From positions 1-21,717 of the forward strand of contig SHMW01000072.1 in assembly GCA_008080735.1 (NCBI GenBank): DNA of 21,717 nt, read 5' to 3'. The notes beneath the pieces are model-generated. The model had not been told where the DNA came from and did not search any database. It saw only the letters and a program-made list of their open reading frames with translations. Below, in pieces: positions 18,274-21,717 of the stretch. Source of the stretch: Promethearchaeota archaeon (GTDB lineage: Archaea > Asgardarchaeota > Lokiarchaeia > Sigyniarchaeales > SOKP01). A program made the position numbers and the translations under genes. Positions within the stretch are counted from its first letter, which is position 1. Each line of letters begins with the position of its first letter.

Positions 18274-18290
18274 TTTGAACTAAGTTCAAA
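18274..18290. promoter_or_regulatory. 17-bp palindrome TTTGAACT-A-AGTTCAAA upstream of the longin-ACT gene
   Basis: Perfect 8-bp arms seen directly. A second inverted repeat, TTCAAAT-N8-ATTTGAA, lies at 18244-18265. Confidence 0.45.
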
Positions 18291-18375
18291 ATTATCTTAA
18301 AATTTTAAATATTCATTAAAAAATCAGAAATGTAGTAAAATTATTACAAAAATAAAAAAAAGGGGAGAAACACGG

Positions 18376-18687
18376 TTAATACTCAAGTTTCTTAATGATT
18401 TTATAGGTTTTAAATTCTCTAACGGGTTCATCATCGTCAAGATTATCGATAGGAACCCGAACATATTTTTCATCATCCAGATGTTCTAAATCTTCCTCAA
18501 TCTTGCCTTTCTGAAAGCTTTTGGCCATTTTTAATTCTTTAATGAGAAATTCTCTGACAGCACATCTAATTAACTCTGACCTAGAAGGATAAAGACCGTT
18601 CTCTCCAACCAACTTCTCAATCACATCTATATATGACTCTGGAACATTTACAGTAACAATCTTCAAAATTAAATCGCCATTATACAC
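18376..18687 (-). CDS. Ribbon-helix-helix (CopG/MetJ/NikR-like) DNA-binding protein
   Basis: KIVTVNVPESYIDVIEKLV..GLYPSRSELIRCAVREFL is a canonical RHH. The start may be the TTG at 18666. Confidence 0.9.
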   Translation of the reverse strand: MYNGDLILKIVTVNVPESYIDVIEKLVGENGLYPSRSELIRCAVREFLIKELKMAKSFQKGKIEEDLEHLDDEKYVRVPIDNLDDDEPVREFKTYKIIKKLEY

Positions 18688-18823
18688 TACTTTTTTATAT
18701 TATATTGTATTGAAAACTCGTATATATAATTTTTTGTTTAACACGTTAATATGTCGATATTTTTAAAGAAACCCCCTATATCCTCGCCTTATATTTAAGC
18801 ATTACTTATTAAAGTATTGATTT

Positions 18824-18872
18824 TTTAAAAGTCGCTCCCAAACTCAAATCTTTTTTAAGTTTCAAATGAAAA
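18824..18872. repeat. 49-bp dispersed non-coding repeat, copy A (copy B at 21339-21387)
   Basis: TTTAAAAGTCGCTCCCAAACTCAAATCTTTTTTAAGTTTCAAATGAAAA; 44/49 identical to copy B by manual ungapped alignment. Confidence 0.85.
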
Positions 18873-19189
18873 TTCTAAATTAATCTTTAATAAGTTTGAA
18901 ATTAATATCAATCTATTTAATATATGGATTAAATTAATTTTCAACAGATTCTTAGTGATAATTAAAATTTGTTCAGATTCGTCTTTTTCGATCATTCTCT
19001 TTACAGGGATACGAACATAGTTTTACTCTCAGATATTTCTTCTTCGTAACCTTTTTTTCTTGTATCTAGAAAATTTTTTAGCCATTTTTAATTCTTTTAA
19101 CAAAAATTTATTTGACTTTTTTTGATTCTGTTTAGTTAATAAATACAATATAAATATCAAGAATTTTATAAATCAACCAATAAACAATG

Positions 19190-20734
19190 CTAACATTCAA
19201 GACTAAAGAAGCTAGGATGAGTCCCAGCGACCCTTACGCTATCTAGCAAGCCAAGCTCTGCGAGCCCATCTTCAAGAAGGCGTTCGCACACGGGATTCCC
19301 TGTAATAAGAAGATAATAGTTCTTATTTTGAAAATATGGTTCGAAATCTTTTTGATTGTCGAGGAGATTGTATGTTATAGTAATATTGTGAAGGTTAGGA
19401 TGAGAAGTGAAATCGGGAAGATGAGTAATTTGGTTTTCTGCTATATCAACTTCAAAGAGTTTAGGTAATGTTTGTAAATGGGTTATATCCGAGAGTTGAT
19501 TCTCACGTAAATATAATCCCCTTAGGTTCGGTAAATTTTTGAGTCCGTTGAGAGTTTTAATATTGTTTTCATTCAAAATTAAACTCTTAAGGTTTTTTAC
19601 CCCTTCCAAATTTTTTAATTCGGAGAGCTGATTATTGTTTAACCATAAATCTTCTAATGATTGTTGAGGGGCGATTGAACAAATTGAATTTATCGAATTA
19701 TGCTGGAGTTTTAATTTTTCCAAATGTTTAAGGCTGCTTTTAAGCTCAAGGGTTTCAATACTGTTTTTTGACAGATTGAGTTGCACTAAATTAGTAAGTG
19801 AGCCGAGTCCTTCAATCTTACGAATTTTATTTTCGGATAAATCTAAAAAGGCTAATTTCGAGAGGTTTTCGAGTCCCTGAATACGAGTAATTTGGTTTTG
19901 ACTCAGATTAAGTGAGATTAAATATGTTAAGTTAGTCAATCCTTGAATCTCGGTTATTTGATTTTTGGATAAATCAAGTCTTTTTAATGATTTTAATTTA
20001 CCAAGATCTTTAATTTCCTTAATTTTATTGCCATTCAAACTGAGTTTTTTTAAATTAGTAAGATAGTCGAGCCCTTCAATATCACGGATTGATGAATCAA
20101 ATAAATGAAGCTCCTTAAGTGATTTAATCGTTTCTAATCCTTGAATCTTGGTTAAACCTTTACTCGAAAATGCAAGTTGCTTTAATGTTCTTAATTTGTC
20201 GAGCCCCTCTATCTTTTTAATCGGATTATGAGACAAATTGAGATATTCCAACGATGTCAGGGCTTCGAGTCCCTCTATTTTTTTTATATGATTGTTGGAA
20301 AGATCTAAATGTTTTAAATTTGTAAGATTTCCCAATCCGTGAATCTCGAGGATTGAACAGTCTTGTATTTTAAGTATTTCTAAATTTATAAGATGATCGA
20401 GCCCTTCTATTTTTTTTATATGATTGTTGGAAAGATCTAAATGTTTTAAATTTTTAAGATTTCCCAATCCGTGAATCTCGAGGATTGAACAATCTTGGAT
20501 TTTAAGTATTTCTAAATTTACATGATGATCGAGCCCACAAAGCTCTCTTATATCCGTATTAACGATGCTTAATGAGCGCAATTCCGTATACTTTTCTAAA
20601 CCTTTTATATCTCTAATAGTTTCACAATCCGCAGGCCAGTATTCTCTATTTCTAACAGTAATAGAAAGAGTTTTATCTTTCGCCCAAAACTTATAATAAC
20701 CACATTCTACATACTGGTTTTCTGCCATATTCAT
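19190..20734 (-). CDS. Leucine-rich repeat protein (SDS22-like, 22-aa repeats)
   Basis: Roughly 18-19 tandem LxxLxxLxLxxNxIxxIxGL repeats; C-cap ITGNPVC. Confidence 0.95.
   Translation of the reverse strand: MNMAENQYVECGYYKFWAKDKTLSITVRNREYWPADCETIRDIKGLEKYTELRSLSIVNTDIRELCGLDHHVNLEILKIQDCSILEIHGLGNLKNLKHLDLSNNHIKKIEGLDHLINLEILKIQDCSILEIHGLGNLTNLKHLDLSNNHIKKIEGLEALTSLEYLNLSHNPIKKIEGLDKLRTLKQLAFSSKGLTKIQGLETIKSLKELHLFDSSIRDIEGLDYLTNLKKLSLNGNKIKEIKDLGKLKSLKRLDLSKNQITEIQGLTNLTYLISLNLSQNQITRIQGLENLSKLAFLDLSENKIRKIEGLGSLTNLVQLNLSKNSIETLELKSSLKHLEKLKLQHNSINSICSIAPQQSLEDLWLNNNQLSELKNLEGVKNLKSLILNENNIKTLNGLKNLPNLRGLYLRENQLSDITHLQTLPKLFEVDIAENQITHLPDFTSHPNLHNITITYNLLDNQKDFEPYFQNKNYYLLITGNPVCERLLEDGLAELGLLDSVRVAGTHPSFFSLEC
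20274..20536. repeat. Tandem duplication with 132-bp period (two LRR units) inside the LRR gene
   Basis: 20274-20404 vs 20406-20536, 5 mismatches by manual count. The protein shows NLEILKIQDCSILEIHGLGNL.NLKHLDLSNNHIKKIEGL twice. Confidence 0.95.
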
Positions 20735-21009
20735 ATTGAAAAAAGATAATTAATATAATAATTTTTTTCTATTTTAAACATTCTTGTCGATGAAGGGAAA
20801 ATAAAAATTATCAAAAATAAGTAAATAAAATTTATTGTTTTTTGTATTGGCTTAGTAGTTTTAATTAATTTTTGATAATATTGATCCCACCGTAAATCGC
20901 CGCATAGGTGCCTAAAAAGGACATAATCTGCATTAACGTCATCAACGATGCTAAACTCATAAACTTCATTAGCCCTTTATTAACGGATTTTGATGTATCA
21001 TTAATATCC

Positions 21010-21126
21010 TTAAACCGCAACTTCAATTCCATGCGATTTGGATCCAAACTTTTTTGAATCCACTTCATTTTCCAACCAGTCAATAAGTTCCTCATCAATG
21101 GCAATGCTTAATTTTACTTTTGTCAT
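21010..21126 (-). CDS. Short (38 aa), possibly frameshift-truncated ribbon-helix-helix protein, not in the ORF track
   Basis: Manual translation from the ATG at 21126 gives MTKVKLSIAIDEELIDWLENEVDSKKFGSKSHGIEVAV*, which fits the archaeal CopG-like RHH pattern (beta-strand, helix A, F-x-S-x-S turn, helix B). Confidence 0.75.
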   Translation of the reverse strand: MTKVKLSIAIDEELIDWLENEVDSKKFGSKSHGIEVAV

Positions 21127-21338
21127 AATCCTAAAAATAAGTTCAAGAATCTACAATCCTATATAATACTACAAAATATCAAAAACCCGATAAGGGATAA
21201 TAATGTATTGTATTATATTTTACTGAAGTATCGAAGAACAAAATCATCTTTTTGTTTAATTGTTTTAATATAGTTTTATACTCTTAATTAAATTAAAATT
21301 AAAGGTATTTTCTTTTCTTACAGGGTGAAAAACCCATC

Positions 21339-21387
21339 TTTAAAAGTCGCTTCCTATCTCAAATCTTTTTTAAGTTTTGAATGAAAA
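21339..21387. repeat. 49-bp dispersed non-coding repeat, copy B (copy A at 18824-18872)
   Basis: TTTAAAAGTCGCTTCCTATCTCAAATCTTTTTTAAGTTTTGAATGAAAA, in the same orientation as copy A. Confidence 0.85.
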
Positions 21388-21556
21388 ATTACCCGCTTAC
21401 TTAATAATACCAATTGAATTAATTTTCATCAAAATATGATTTAGATTAAAAAAGTTTCATCATTCTATGCTCTTCCTTTTAAGCTTTATATAAGATACAT
21501 CGGAGAAGCGTTTCAAATCAACGAAAATTGTCTTAAATTATTAGAAAATTCTGAAG

Positions 21557-21602
21557 CAAGAAAAAGGAATAAAAAAGAATGAATGAAAGGAAAACTCCTT
21601 TC
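21557..21602 (-). terminator. Putative terminator for a minus-strand transcript: 7-bp hairpin followed by a U-rich tract
   Basis: GAAAGGA-AAAC-TCCTTTC at 21585-21602; on the minus strand it is followed by ATTCATTCTTTTTTATTCCTTTTTCTTG. Confidence 0.4.
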
Positions 21603-21717
21603 CAACCCTCTTATCTTTATACTATCTCTTCACAAAACAAATAATATTTTAATATTCAAGCCGTTTTACAATCTTGTATGTCTTAAAACTATTGACAGAT
21701 TCGTTATTTTCATTTTT

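Noticed and set aside
18771-18799. dif-like site (..CTATATCCTCGCCTTATATTTAAG)
   Set aside because: Only the right arm resembles a Xer site; the left arm is not its inverted complement.
20865-21104. 79-aa ORF as an independent gene
   Set aside because: Its 5' part overlaps, out of frame, a much more convincing RHH ORF (21010..21126); it is treated as a possible frameshifted tail instead.

Overview
AT-rich, gene-dense archaeal chromosome segment, most likely from an Asgard archaeon (Lokiarchaeia-like). This assignment is an inference from archaeal RadA and tRNA-splicing endonuclease occurring alongside a longin/uDENN-type protein, an SDS22-like LRR protein and a segmented coiled-coil protein. 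The left part holds housekeeping and metabolic genes: DUF47/PhoU-like regulator, EndA, MEMO1, coiled-coil protein, PfkB kinase, YdjM-like hydrolase, OsmC, PaaI thioesterase, MBL-fold protein, RadA and a 7-TM protein. The centre is a sugar-phosphate/alpha-glucan cluster: a catalytically degenerate phosphohexomutase, a large GH13 enzyme, an NDP-sugar pyrophosphorylase and a GalT/HIT-like transferase. The most interesting gene (17259..18149) heads that cluster. It appears to fuse a folliculin/SMCR8-like longin domain that keeps the ARG arginine-finger motif to an AbrB-like segment and an ACT domain, making it a candidate one-component metabolite-sensing GTPase regulator. The right end looks accessory: two ribbon-helix-helix genes (one short or frameshifted and missed by the ORF track), each preceded by a copy of a shared 49-bp non-coding element, flank an LRR gene with a recent internal 132-bp duplication. 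I see no rRNA, tRNA, CRISPR array or transposase.
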